Shown: positions 53,501 through 64,000 of the stretch, in pieces
How the letters are laid out: the number at the start of each line of letters is the position of its first letter
Numbering within the stretch: position 1 is the first letter of the stretch
From: Yuukianura sp. NJ FZ-2021
Taxonomy: Eukaryota
Assembly: GCA_046563655.1 (NCBI GenBank)
Contig: CM102290.1
Span: 11,594,001-11,658,000 of the forward strand
Length of the DNA: 64,000 nucleotides
Direction: 5' to 3'
Notes under the pieces: generated by a model
What the model saw: only the letters and a program-made list of their open reading frames with translations
The model's database searches: none
What the model was told of the DNA's origin: nothing
Made by a program: the position numbers and the translations under genes

Positions 53501-54588
53501 TATGAAGTTCAGAACATCATTTCACATAATTTAGTTTAAATATTTTTTAATCCAATCCAAAGTTTGTTATTATTATTAAAGTTTCTTAAATTAGAAATTT
53601 TAAAAAGGTACCCCAGACTTTGGCCAAATTTCCAAAAATTTCCCTTTCCGTTCCCGAGATATGAATTTTTGAAATTTTCGAACTTTAAAATCGAAGTTTG
53701 AAAATTCATATCTCGGTAACGAAAAGCGATAGAGAGGTAAACTCTTCGCCCCTAAATTCACAAAAATAAGGAGTATTTTTAGAAAATATAAAAAGGTACC
53801 CTCAGATTTTGACGAAATTTCGAAAAAATCCATGGACTATAGTCCATGGTTTTTTTCAAAATTTGACGAAAAACTTGATGTTCGAATTTGGAGTTTTTAA
53901 AATTTCTAAAAATTCTTCATATTTTTTGAAAGTCTCTCGCGAAGAGATTAGGTCTTTATCCCTTTCCGTTCACGAGATATAAATTTTCAAAATTTCATTT
54001 TAATTTTCAAAAACTTTCAAAATTCATAACTCGGGAACGGAAAGCGATAGAAAGGTAAACTCTTCGCCCCTGAATTCACAAAAATAAGGAGTATTTTTAG
54101 AAAATATAAAAAGGTACCCTCAGATTTTGACGAAATTTCGAAAAAATCCATGGACTATAGTCCATGGTTTTTTTCAAAATTTGACGAAAAACTTGATGTT
54201 CGATTTTGGAGTTTTCAAAATTTCTAAAAATTCTTCATATTTATTGAAAGTTTTTCGCGAAGAGATTAGGTCTCTATCGCTTTCCGTTCACGAGATATAA
54301 ATTTTCAAAATTTCATTTTAATTTTCAAAAACTTTCAAAATTCATAACTCGGGAACGGAAAGCGATAGAAAGGTAAACTCTTCGCTCCTGAATTTCACAA
54401 AAGTGTTGTCCAATCTTCGAAACTCATTTCTTGGGGAAAAATTCTAGAATTATACTCATTTTTCCGAAAACTGTTGTGTTTACCTCACGTAATAACGACG
54501 GTCCTGCACCACCTCCATGTTCTCCAATTCTGAAAACGTACGGGAAGTGATACCAGAGTGACGCCATTGCACTTGGGCTTTTCACCAT
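50599..54588 (-). CDS. Tubulin-tyrosine-ligase-like polyglutamylase, TTLL2-like (5' end uncertain, may extend to ATG 55276)
   Basis: YVFRIGE...LLREVCLERGW; WICKPVGKSQGKGI; VQEYITRPLLIGPYKWDLRIYV; YREGLVRFAT; AHLTNSSVNK; GCKWSL; GFDILVD..LRPLLIEVNSNPSL; GNWVRIFPFN. Most plausible stop TAA at 50599-50601. Confidence 0.88.
53600..54402. repeat. About 2.5 copies of a 318-bp tandem unit with internal palindromes (MITE/satellite-like) in a TTLL intron
   Basis: GGTAAACTCTTCGC recurs at 53736, 54054 and 54372. Perfect 20-bp palindrome CCATGGACTATAGTCCATGG at 53830-53849 and 54148-54167. Additional inverted pair TTTCCGTTC(C/A)CGAGATAT ... AT(A/C)TCGG(G/T)AACG. Confidence 0.92.
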
Positions 54589-55983
54589 CAGTTCCACCAA
54601 ATCTACGTCCGCTTGAACATGTCGTTGTCGCTGATCCTAAGTCATTTTGAAAAAAAAAAAGAAAGAAAAAAAAACAAGATTTTTGGAAAACTTTTTTTCT
54701 AACAAAATCAAGCCTTTTTTGAGAAAATGTTTTTAATATATCCGAAAAAGTTTCTGGAAGTCCTCCTCCATCAGCATAGGTTTCTTGCAAATTTTATAAG
54801 CAAAAAATATATGTATCGACCAACACGCACTTTGGCATGACTCGAAGTCATAAACGTTCCTTCCGCCGCTGCAGAATTCCTAAACACATAACGGCTAACT
54901 AAACGCCTGTCTTCTGTAAAACCTCATCAATCAATTCGTCCAATCAGGAGGTCCGTGCCAATGAACTTTCGTCAACCCAAAAATTGTTTTGAAATTTTAA
55001 CGAAACTAATGTATCTTGTTTCGAAATTTTGAAAATGATTTTGTAAAACAGACATAAAATAAAAGTAATAAATTATTTCTGCACCTCAGTTGAGCGTGAC
55101 TTCCCCCAGGGGTCGACGCGTTGAAAGTGGGCGGAACGATGGAGACCGTAGACCAAGGTAGACTTGGGGTTGACCTGACCTTGTCCATTTCCGCTGCGAT
55201 TTTCACACTTTGAACAGCGTGACGGAGTTTTGGAAGGAATTGTAATGCTGCTCATACTTTTTGTACTTCTTGCCATGGCGGGAAAACTTGAAACTCTCAG
55301 GACGTTAGGTGCGTCTGTTCCGGCCGAATTCCAAAGTGAAAGTGAACTTTCTCTTCACAATTTTGCAGGCAAAAGCTGCGACTTTTCACAGAGCATTTGC
55401 GCACATTCAACGCTTGGTTCAGATATCCGACCACTTCATGACTTCCAGACCACCGACCATTTTCAAGTTCCCGACCACCTACCACTTTACGAAAAACAAC
55501 ATGTGAACTTAATAACATGCTAATATGCGTTCAACACCAGAGTGCTTTACATGTAATGTTTATTAAATAGAACTGGTTCGCAGTCAGCTCTCAATAGAAA
55601 TTCCTTATAAATACTTTCTCTTCCAAACAAGTACTAAACGCACTTTTCTGATTGGTTCTGATTGTCAACAACTATTGGTTCAAATTCAATATATAGTACC
55701 TCATAAGTTAAAATTAGTCTAAAATTATAAAAGAACACTGATTGAGAAGGAGACATATGAAGTCATGGCTGGACGAGGACGGGATACTGCTGCCTCTTAA
55801 GTTATAGTACTTTCGTTGTAAAAAGTCATGGCGGGTATTTATAAAAAGTCTGTTTGTGCCAGAGTCATTTAGGAATCAATGGCATGGCACTCATTCGAAC
55901 CTAACCTTTGAACTCTGTTTCAAACACATTACAAATAAAATTATGTAACAACTAAAAAGTCAATCTTAAAAACTATTCCCGTT

Positions 55984-58900
55984 TTAAAATCTATCCAGGA
56001 AAAGACGGATGCTGGAATCATCTTGAAGGAGTTGTTGTCTGGAATTGAGGCCATCCGAGTCCTTTCCATTTGAGCAAAGAGATTCACGTTTGTGAGCAGG
56101 ATAAAAAGATGGTGGAAGAATCAGTTCCACAGGGAGGCGGAACTTGAGTCCTTCTGGAGACAGTTTCACAAGGGGACTCAGCACTTTGTTAACGCTACCT
56201 GTTAGTGATAAATCAACAAAAAATTAGAAAACCTCAACAACTTTTTCAAAATCTTTCATCTAAGGCAATGCAGGCTAAAATACTTAAAAATTGCAAGCAG
56301 TAAGCCAAATTATTCGTTAACCTTCACCCCCAGCATAAGTGTTTTCGTATATTTGGAGCTGAATGTCCTCTGGAGACTCAAGGGCTCCTGCAGGAACTAT
56401 TGCCTTGACACCACAACACTCCAGCACTCCGCCCTCTGCCGGTTCAATTCTAGCTGAAGTCGACTGTGCCCCTTCCCTCCGCCTACGGCACCAACAAAGA
56501 CACTATGAGCCACCACGCCTCCAAAATCTAACTTTCTATCAAAATGTAACTGAAAAAGCTCTGCATTCTACAAGCACCGTCACCGTCACCACCAGAAGAA
56601 AGATCAAAAGATTTTTCAAAAAGATGTCATCTGCTTGTACCTAGTGTCTTTTCCGTAGACTTCAAACGCCGAAATCCCACGACTCCCCATATTCACCGGA
56701 ACGTTGAGGTAGAAACTGTTGTTGTTACTGTTGTTCAACCCGTTCAAATCAGTTCGTGCTGGTTTAATTGGCTTTGGAGGTGGAACTGGCTTGACCTTGG
56801 GTGGCGGCGGTGGCTTGTAAGGACTGTTCCCGTTTCCGTCTTCAGCATAAGGGTTTCCGTTGGTGTCAAGGGCTCTGTAGGGACTGTAGTGCTGTTTGTA
56901 GGCAGGGCTACTTCGGCTTGTATTGTTGTAAAGTTGATGTAGATCTCCAGACTTTTGGTAAATGTCGGACGGGTTTTTGAAGGGACTGGAGTTGGCAATG
57001 GAATTAAAGCGCTTCATGTCCTGAACGTCTTTGTAATTGTACTGTTCCTGAGAACCGTGAAAATCCTTCTTGTAGTTGTTGTATAGCTGCTGTCCATGTC
57101 CGTTTCCATTTCCATTTCCGTTGCTTGCTCCCTCTTCCAGAGTTCGATACGGACTGCAAAGTACAAGATTTTCATCAAAAACCAAAATCTGAGATTATTT
57201 TTCAAAATTTCATAATTACCTGTAGCTGCCTTTGTTTTCTCTTCCCATAGGTTGTGCCGTTGAGCGAGTGAATCGGTAGACATCATGATGGTCGTACGGC
57301 CTTGAGTCATACGTCGGTTGACTTCCGTTGGATCCCTTCCTATGTCCATTCGACGAAATTCGCTCAATGGTATCCCTCGAACCGTAGTCACCAAAAAGCC
57401 GTTCAGTTGCCGATTTCGGTTTACAACTACGATCAACAAGCGGCGGAGGGCAACTTGGAGAATCCGGTGGGGAATGGTCCAAATGAATGCTTTTGTCCAG
57501 AAGGATTTTTTGTTGCGAGGAACTCATTGGCATCATTGGATACAGTTCCTGAAAAATACAAGAAAGACGTAACCTATGACCCAGATACCTTTTGAATTTT
57601 GGTGCTTACATGTGGACCCTGCTTGTCATAGGGTTGGGAGGCAATTGAGTAGGCTGGTGGTTCATTGTAATTTGGCAATTCAATTCCAGTGCTATGTGAT
57701 CCTGATTTTCCGTTGACATGATCCTTCTCTGTTTCAACATCCGACTCGGGAGAGGAGGCATATGAATTACGTGTGGAGGGTTGGAGAGGAAAGACACAAT
57801 CATCAGACGATGGAGGCTAAACACCATGAAATTACAATTTACAATAAAAATTGCAAACAAATTCAAACAGAATCAAATTTTCAAGCGTTCAAAATTTCGC
57901 AACCGAAACAGGATTTGTGAGATCCATAAAAGCAGTTTTCCACGGTACTAAAAACAGCAGAGGCAAAAGGTTTGGCATTTTTATGACTTGGTTTAGGATA
58001 GGTTTTCGAATAAATCAATTAAACAAACACATAGATTAATTGAGCATAAAAAATTAAGCAATTGAAGAGCAGATAATTGAGTTGACTCTTGAAGACAGTG
58101 TGTGAGGAGATGAAAATTGTGAAAAGGTTTAGACGTAAGGTTCCCAACTTGTGACTGGTTCTTCAAAAGGCTTATAAAAGGAATCGCTGGCTGTTAGATA
58201 GTTATTGTTAGTTTGAGCCTGCCCAGTGAAAAACAAAGAAAAAAGAATCAGTTAAGTTAGATAATAGAATTCACAATTTTTGAAAATTAAAAACCCCAGC
58301 TTGAGGAACATCCAAGCACAGACATGAGCAGTTTAAAATTCAACTTCATCTATATACCTTTCCCTCCTCTGCCACCCAAATCGAACGTCCCTGCTCCTTG
58401 TCAATGGCTTCCTTGACCTTGCGTAACCAATTGTCTTCAGAACTGACCGTCAGAATATTCGTAATGATATGGAACCAAGTGGATTCCATTTTAGAAGAAA
58501 CTGAGAGCAACTTCCGAGGAGATTTCCTAAAATACAAAGAAAAATGGATCGCACTTAGCATTCATCGTACTAACAATTATTAAACTTAAACAAAAAATTA
58601 GTACAAAAAGTTAAAGAAAACATTGATTACCTCCCGAGAAGAGTTCCATGTCCACTTTTGAGACCTCGGATATCTTTTAAGCTTTTCTTTGTGTCAACTT
58701 TGACGAGTACGACGATAGGATAGAGTTGAGCGTAGTTCAACTTTTCAACAATGGACGGACTCACGTCTAAAACGGCATGTTGACCGCGACTAATAATGTC
58801 TCGTATGGCTGACATTTTGATCATTTTGGACGAATGAGAATCTTGTCCTAAAGTAGAAATGGTATCAGCTTTAGTTAATCACTATTTTAGTTAATCAGTA

Positions 58901-60589
58901 AAATATGATTGGTTTACCTGGACTACTAAACATATCGGGATGTTCAAGTGTAAGGCGCTCTCGAGTTATGTCACCTACAGAACCCAAGATCACGACAGGA
59001 CGCATAAAACCCGGATGTTTGAGCACCACTCTCTCGTAAGGCTCAAACTGGACCACTTCCTTCTTCTTCCGGAAGAAACTGCGACTTCCGTCTTTCGATT
59101 TACTCGCAGACGAAACTTCCGTTGCCTTCACCATGTTCGGAATAACGCCCTTCTCTCCATTTGTGTACCGAATCACACCCCAGTATCCCAAACTTCCGTT
59201 GACAAGCGTATCCGTCACTTGAAAAATGTCACCAATCTTGAAACAGAGTTCACCTTTCTTTTCATAACTGAACTGTGTCTTGATGTAAAAGAAATCTCCA
59301 AGGCTCTTTCCAATCACATTTTCGTACTCGACGGGATTGTGATGGACGAGGAGCTTCACTTCATCATTGAGAGACATTAGCAAATTGACAGCCTCTTCTC
59401 GCGTGAAATTGATCAAATCTTTGTTGTTGACTTCAAGTATTTTGTCTCCTGGCGTGAGGCCATGGACCAGAGCCTGAGAACCTGGTTGAACAGCAGTAAC
59501 GAAAATTCCTACAGCGTTTCCGCCGGCAAGTCGAATTCCAAGTGGGCCTTGTTTGATAAACGAAATAAGGCGAGGACGCATCGAAACTGGACTTTGGTGC
59601 GGATTGTAGTAATCGGACGGCAAAGATTCTAAAAAACCGAAAAATTCAAAAATCCAAAATCAGCGCTGCTCCAGCATCCTATAAGATTTATCAAATTCAA
59701 ATTCTTGTATACCATCAACAGGCGGCGGTGGACGTGGCGGTGGTAGTGGCTGCAACTCACGCTGTGGACCCAGAACCTCACTGGCTCGTCGCGGTGGCTG
59801 GACGTAGAGATTCTGACTAGAGTATAGCAAGGGTTGCTGCTGCCGCTCCCCACCTCCGCTCCCCTCTCGCTTCACCACCAATTGCAGCTTGTCCTTTGTA
59901 TTCTCAATCAATTTCTTGGCCTCTTTCAAGCTCATACCTTCACAGGGCGTGTTGTTTATGCGAATTATAACATCACCTTCCTGTAAACTGCTTGTCTTCA
60001 CTTGTAAGTCTTTTATGAACAATTTTGCTGAGAGGTTGAGTCCAAAGTCTATAAAAAAAAAGTTAACACAAAGAAACATAAACATCTCTGCTTGAATCAT
60101 AAACATTTATTTTGAATGACATGCTCCTTACCACTTTTTCGTCCAGCTCCCGCAGTTCGACTCAGACTAACTCGAAAAGCTTGTACTTCCGGTTGAAGTA
60201 AAACTCTCCGCTTAACAACAAGTTGAACAGTGGAATTGTCTCGTAGAACTTGGACGGCAGTGGCATAGTCTACGTTTTCCAGTGACACTCCATTAGCAGA
60301 AAGAATCCGATCGTTTACTCTGCAAACCAAAAAAAAAAGAACACATTTTGCTACAAAATTCCCAAAAATTCGTCATTTAACATCGTATTTCAAATTATCA
60401 TTTTCAAAACACTTACAGTAGTTTTCCTTCTGCTGGACCCGACTTGAGCACATCAGAAATTGCAATTGCGGGATCTCCATTAGCAAAATGTGGATTGTCC
60501 CTGCCTCCACTTACAGCTATTCCAAATCCATATCCCGGAACACGGCTCAGACTAACGCTGTGATACTCCCAAGCAACACGGTCCGGAGC
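55984..60589 (-). CDS. pyd: Tight-junction MAGUK ZO-1 / polychaetoid (PDZ1-3, SH3, GuK, ZU5); first exon(s) further right
   Basis: [43 protein letters not shown] (PDZ1); PDZ2; [21 protein letters not shown] (PDZ3); [10 protein letters not shown] (SH3); [19 protein letters not shown] and [23 protein letters not shown] (GuK); GGVL...[23 protein letters not shown] (ZU5). Confidence 0.95.
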
Positions 60590-63500
60590 CTAAAAAACAA
60601 TTTCAAAAAATCAAAATTTCAAAATTCCAAACAATTTTCAAAATTCCATTCCGTATGCAACTACTCGGTACTTCTTCACCAAGATCCAAGCTATGTTAAG
60701 TCCAGAACATGGACAATAGCAAATCCTCCAATCAAAACAAAGCAACTGACCTGGTAAAGGCCGTCGTTTAACCCTGGCATGTTTTGTCCGCCCTTTGTTG
60801 GCACCCAAATTAACAAATTTAAAGCTTCCTCGCACAAACTACTGTGTTTAACTACTGTAATTCTGCAAACACTTGTTAACACCACACCATGTCAAAGGCT
60901 GCTTTCCTTCTAAGGAAAGTGGCGTCCACTCCCTTCGTCTGTGCAATTTCAAGGCTCCTTCAGAAGCCTGTCCTTAAGTGGCTCCCAGGGAGCAACTTCT
61001 AGATAAGTGCTTCAATTGTCAGAGAGATGAAGGTGACGTTCCTGTTCCTTCCACTGTAGATTCAAGATTAACTCTGAGGAGGTGAATTGGACGTGCCAAG
61101 TGTAGTGGTGAGGCCGGTTTGTGCCGGGAGGGATGGGAGATGAGATAGTTGACATTCCAAAGGGATGATGATCAGGAAAAATACACACACACAGGACTTC
61201 TGCAGCCCTTCCTGCCTAGTGGCTACTTCAGCATCACCACTTCCACAAAAACCAAGACCAAAACAACAGTCTCTGCTGAATGGACATGCAGAAGGGCTCA
61301 TCAAAACAATTCAAAATAAAGCATCCCCAGTCCCTATCCACTTTGCCATCATTCCTCTTGGCTCTTTAGAAAGTCATTTTCAGAAATGTAAATCTGTCAG
61401 TGTGACTAGAATTGCTAAAGACGTTCAGGAACAGGTTTTCAGTAGAAATTGCTACTACCCTTGTCCCTCCGCCTTGCTTCACGTCCGATTCCATTCCCTG
61501 TCAGCCTCAGCATCCTCCATTCCCGGACTCTTCTGGACGGTCACTGATCGACCGACATCAGTTTCATTACGGACGGCCACTTTTGACCAGAATCATTAAC
61601 ACTTTTGCTGGATAATCAATGTTTACGACATTTCACCCTGGGCAGGATACACAGCGTCAGAAATGGAAGTCGCCCTTTCAGAATTTTTATATACATATAA
61701 AAAATTCTGTTTCTAAACCAATTCGACTACGAAAACAAATGCAAAATCGATTTAAAATTTTTCGTCAAAAGAAATCGCTGAATGGAAAATCGCTTGACTT
61801 TTAGGTTATAATTTTTTAAGTTTACTGCTCAAATTTATTTAAATTCCGCATCCGCGCTCTGTTGTTTAATTTCTTCCATCCACCGAATATTTCGTCCAGT
61901 AGGAAGGCATTTCTTCCATTGGAAGTGGCAATTACGTCGCTGCAGGCTTAAGCATCCATCAATACTTGTGAAGACAATAATAGTGTAGTCTCCGCATAAA
62001 TGTCAAGACACACAATGACTCTGGTTCATACATGACCGTCCACAAAACTCTGGTTACGATTCTGAGCTCTTTAGCATCTTAGGTTTTGCCTTAACACTAA
62101 CAAAAATAGGGATGGGCCCTTGAAGGACCCCTTACAAAGGGCTTCGACTTCTTCCAAAGAGAAGGCCTCTACGAATTCCTACCTCCCGAATTCCAGGCAT
62201 AGCATAACATGAAACACGGGGCGAGAGACAAGGTCGTTTGAGATTTTTAAAAAAGTAGCCCCTCCCTTTGGAATTTAAAAAAAACCTAAACAAAACCATG
62301 TTGAAAATGACACTGATAGATTCAAAAAATTCGGAAAACGAGCATCGTTCGTCGTTTTCCGAACTGTTTTGAATGGGCGTATATGAAAACAACCTAACGA
62401 GACACCGTGGTGTGACGTACTAGTGGCCAGTTTAAAAACAAGTTACTTTTTCATATTTTTCCTTTATGAATTACAAATTAATATTGATTAGCCTATTCAG
62501 AAAAAAAATGAAAAATGACGAAAACAATGGGACGGATCATATGTGCCAAAACTTATTACTAACTAACCCGTTTTCTCCGTTGACGTGAAGATGGTCTCCC
62601 ATTGTTTCGTTTTTTAGTAGATACTGGTTCCCTATTGTTGAACAAGTTTAAGAGCCTCATTGTTCCTTGAATTGAGAGTTTGAACTCAACCTAACTGGAC
62701 AGGAAAACAATCGATTACTTGAGGAATTGGAAATATAAACAACTTGCAAATTTCAAACAATGACAATAAACAATTACTCGTGCCGAGGTCAACGTTATGA
62801 TAATTTAAAACAATTGGAATCCAACACCACCCTTAACCTAACTTTGCCAAGTCACAGCCTAGAAGTGAAAGATTCCAACTTGGTCGGTTCGAGCAAAACG
62901 ATGAATGTTTCGATAATAGAAGAAAAACGCCCCAAAATGCTAAAATAGACGTGTCAAATTACTTTCCATCATCACCAACACTCAGACCTGCCAAGATCCC
63001 GTGAAACTCGGAATGTCTGGTGTATCTAATGGTTCTAACATTCCAAATCTGGGTGTCAGATCAACAAGATCGACATCAGGATCCAGCAGAGTACCACCGC
63101 CGTGGATGAGAGATCAACTCGATAAGTAGATTTACTTTGGACAGACGAATGCTTCGTCGGTTTTGTAGGATCAAAAAACTAGCCCAAAACTGGAAACTGG
63201 ATATGGCGTTCCCTGCTCAAATTCTTGGCCCAAATTCTAAAACAACATAAGCAAATGATAAAATGTACTAAAATTATAAAAAGTATCTACATACGGAACG
63301 GACCAATCACAGTACCGATGAGCAGACCAACAACTATTTTGTAAAACTGCCCCGCCTTTGAAGAAATCGTACGTTACGTTTCAATTATGAAATTCCAAAA
63401 ACACAGACAGACGTTGAAAAGAAACTAACCTCGGCATCTGCTTATTATCGAAACCTAAAAAATCATTTCTGCAATGCCGCCGTGTCCATGTTTTTGCGTG

Positions 63501-64000
63501 GACACTGTGTACTCCTGGCATGAACACAGAAGTTGAAGTAGTTACCCCTACCCCAAAGTGAAAATTGCTTCCATGCGATTGAAAGCAGTAATGCATGACC
63601 TAACGGCTAGCAAATGACGAAAACATTCGTCGTTCCGTGGTCATTGAGAACACTGTGACAATATCCGGGAAGCTACCCGTGGCTTGTCTAGTTCATCTAG
63701 CGAAACGTGTAGAGTTCAAATTTCAAATGTAGGAATCGTCAAAGTTGCCTCAGCGCTCCGAACAAGATGTAACCAAATCTCCAGTGATTATCCATGAACG
63801 ACCATTGAAAGCAACTTTTAACAACAAAACAAGTTCAAATACCGGCTGGGAATCTCACTCTTTGAATCAAATATGATGGATCTTGTTTGAAGAAGTACCT
63901 TGATGTCAATGTCTCTTACCTTCTCTTCTACGACCGGTTCCTGGAGCATTGTCAACCCAAGGATAGAACTGGCTCCTTCTCGGCTTGGTTCCCGTTGATG

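Noticed and set aside
53600..53833. 77-aa ORF in the TTLL intron
   Set aside because: Lies within the palindromic repeat; no transposase or other similarity.
1..64000. tRNA, rRNA, snoRNA genes and U12-type introns
   Set aside because: None recognised by eye; tRNAscan-SE and Infernal would be needed to exclude them properly.

Overview
Gene-dense, intron-rich eukaryotic genomic DNA, AT-rich with mostly 55-100 nt GT-AG introns. Protein similarity and promoter motifs suggest a compact arthropod genome (inference; species not determined). Left to right: the 5' end of a PIF/Harbinger DNA transposon with a spliced transposase (-); about 6.7 kb with no assignable coding exon; invadolysin/LMLN (+); a GC-rich Piwi-clade Argonaute with an intact DEDH tetrad (-); KLHL18-like (+); TVP23 (-); a possible orphan multi-exon gene (+); CHIP/STUB1 (-); RNF25-like (+); a very short PR-Set7/SETD8 (-); strawberry notch (+); BRAP (-); a TLC-domain FAM57-like gene (+); a divergent phospholipid scramblase (+); TTLL2-like (-), carrying a 318-bp palindromic tandem repeat in an intron; and polychaetoid/ZO-1 (-), running off the right edge. 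The most unusual part is the Piwi locus: six ~50-bp tandem upstream repeats carrying nuclear-receptor-type AGGTCA/DR5 sites, a repeated 12-mer in the leader, and two copies of a bulged stem-loop downstream of the stop. Also notable are a pre-miRNA-like intronic hairpin, a promoter hairpin, an 11-nt microexon and a probable GC-AG intron. Exon structures were assembled by eye, family calls come from remembered motifs, and no database search was run.
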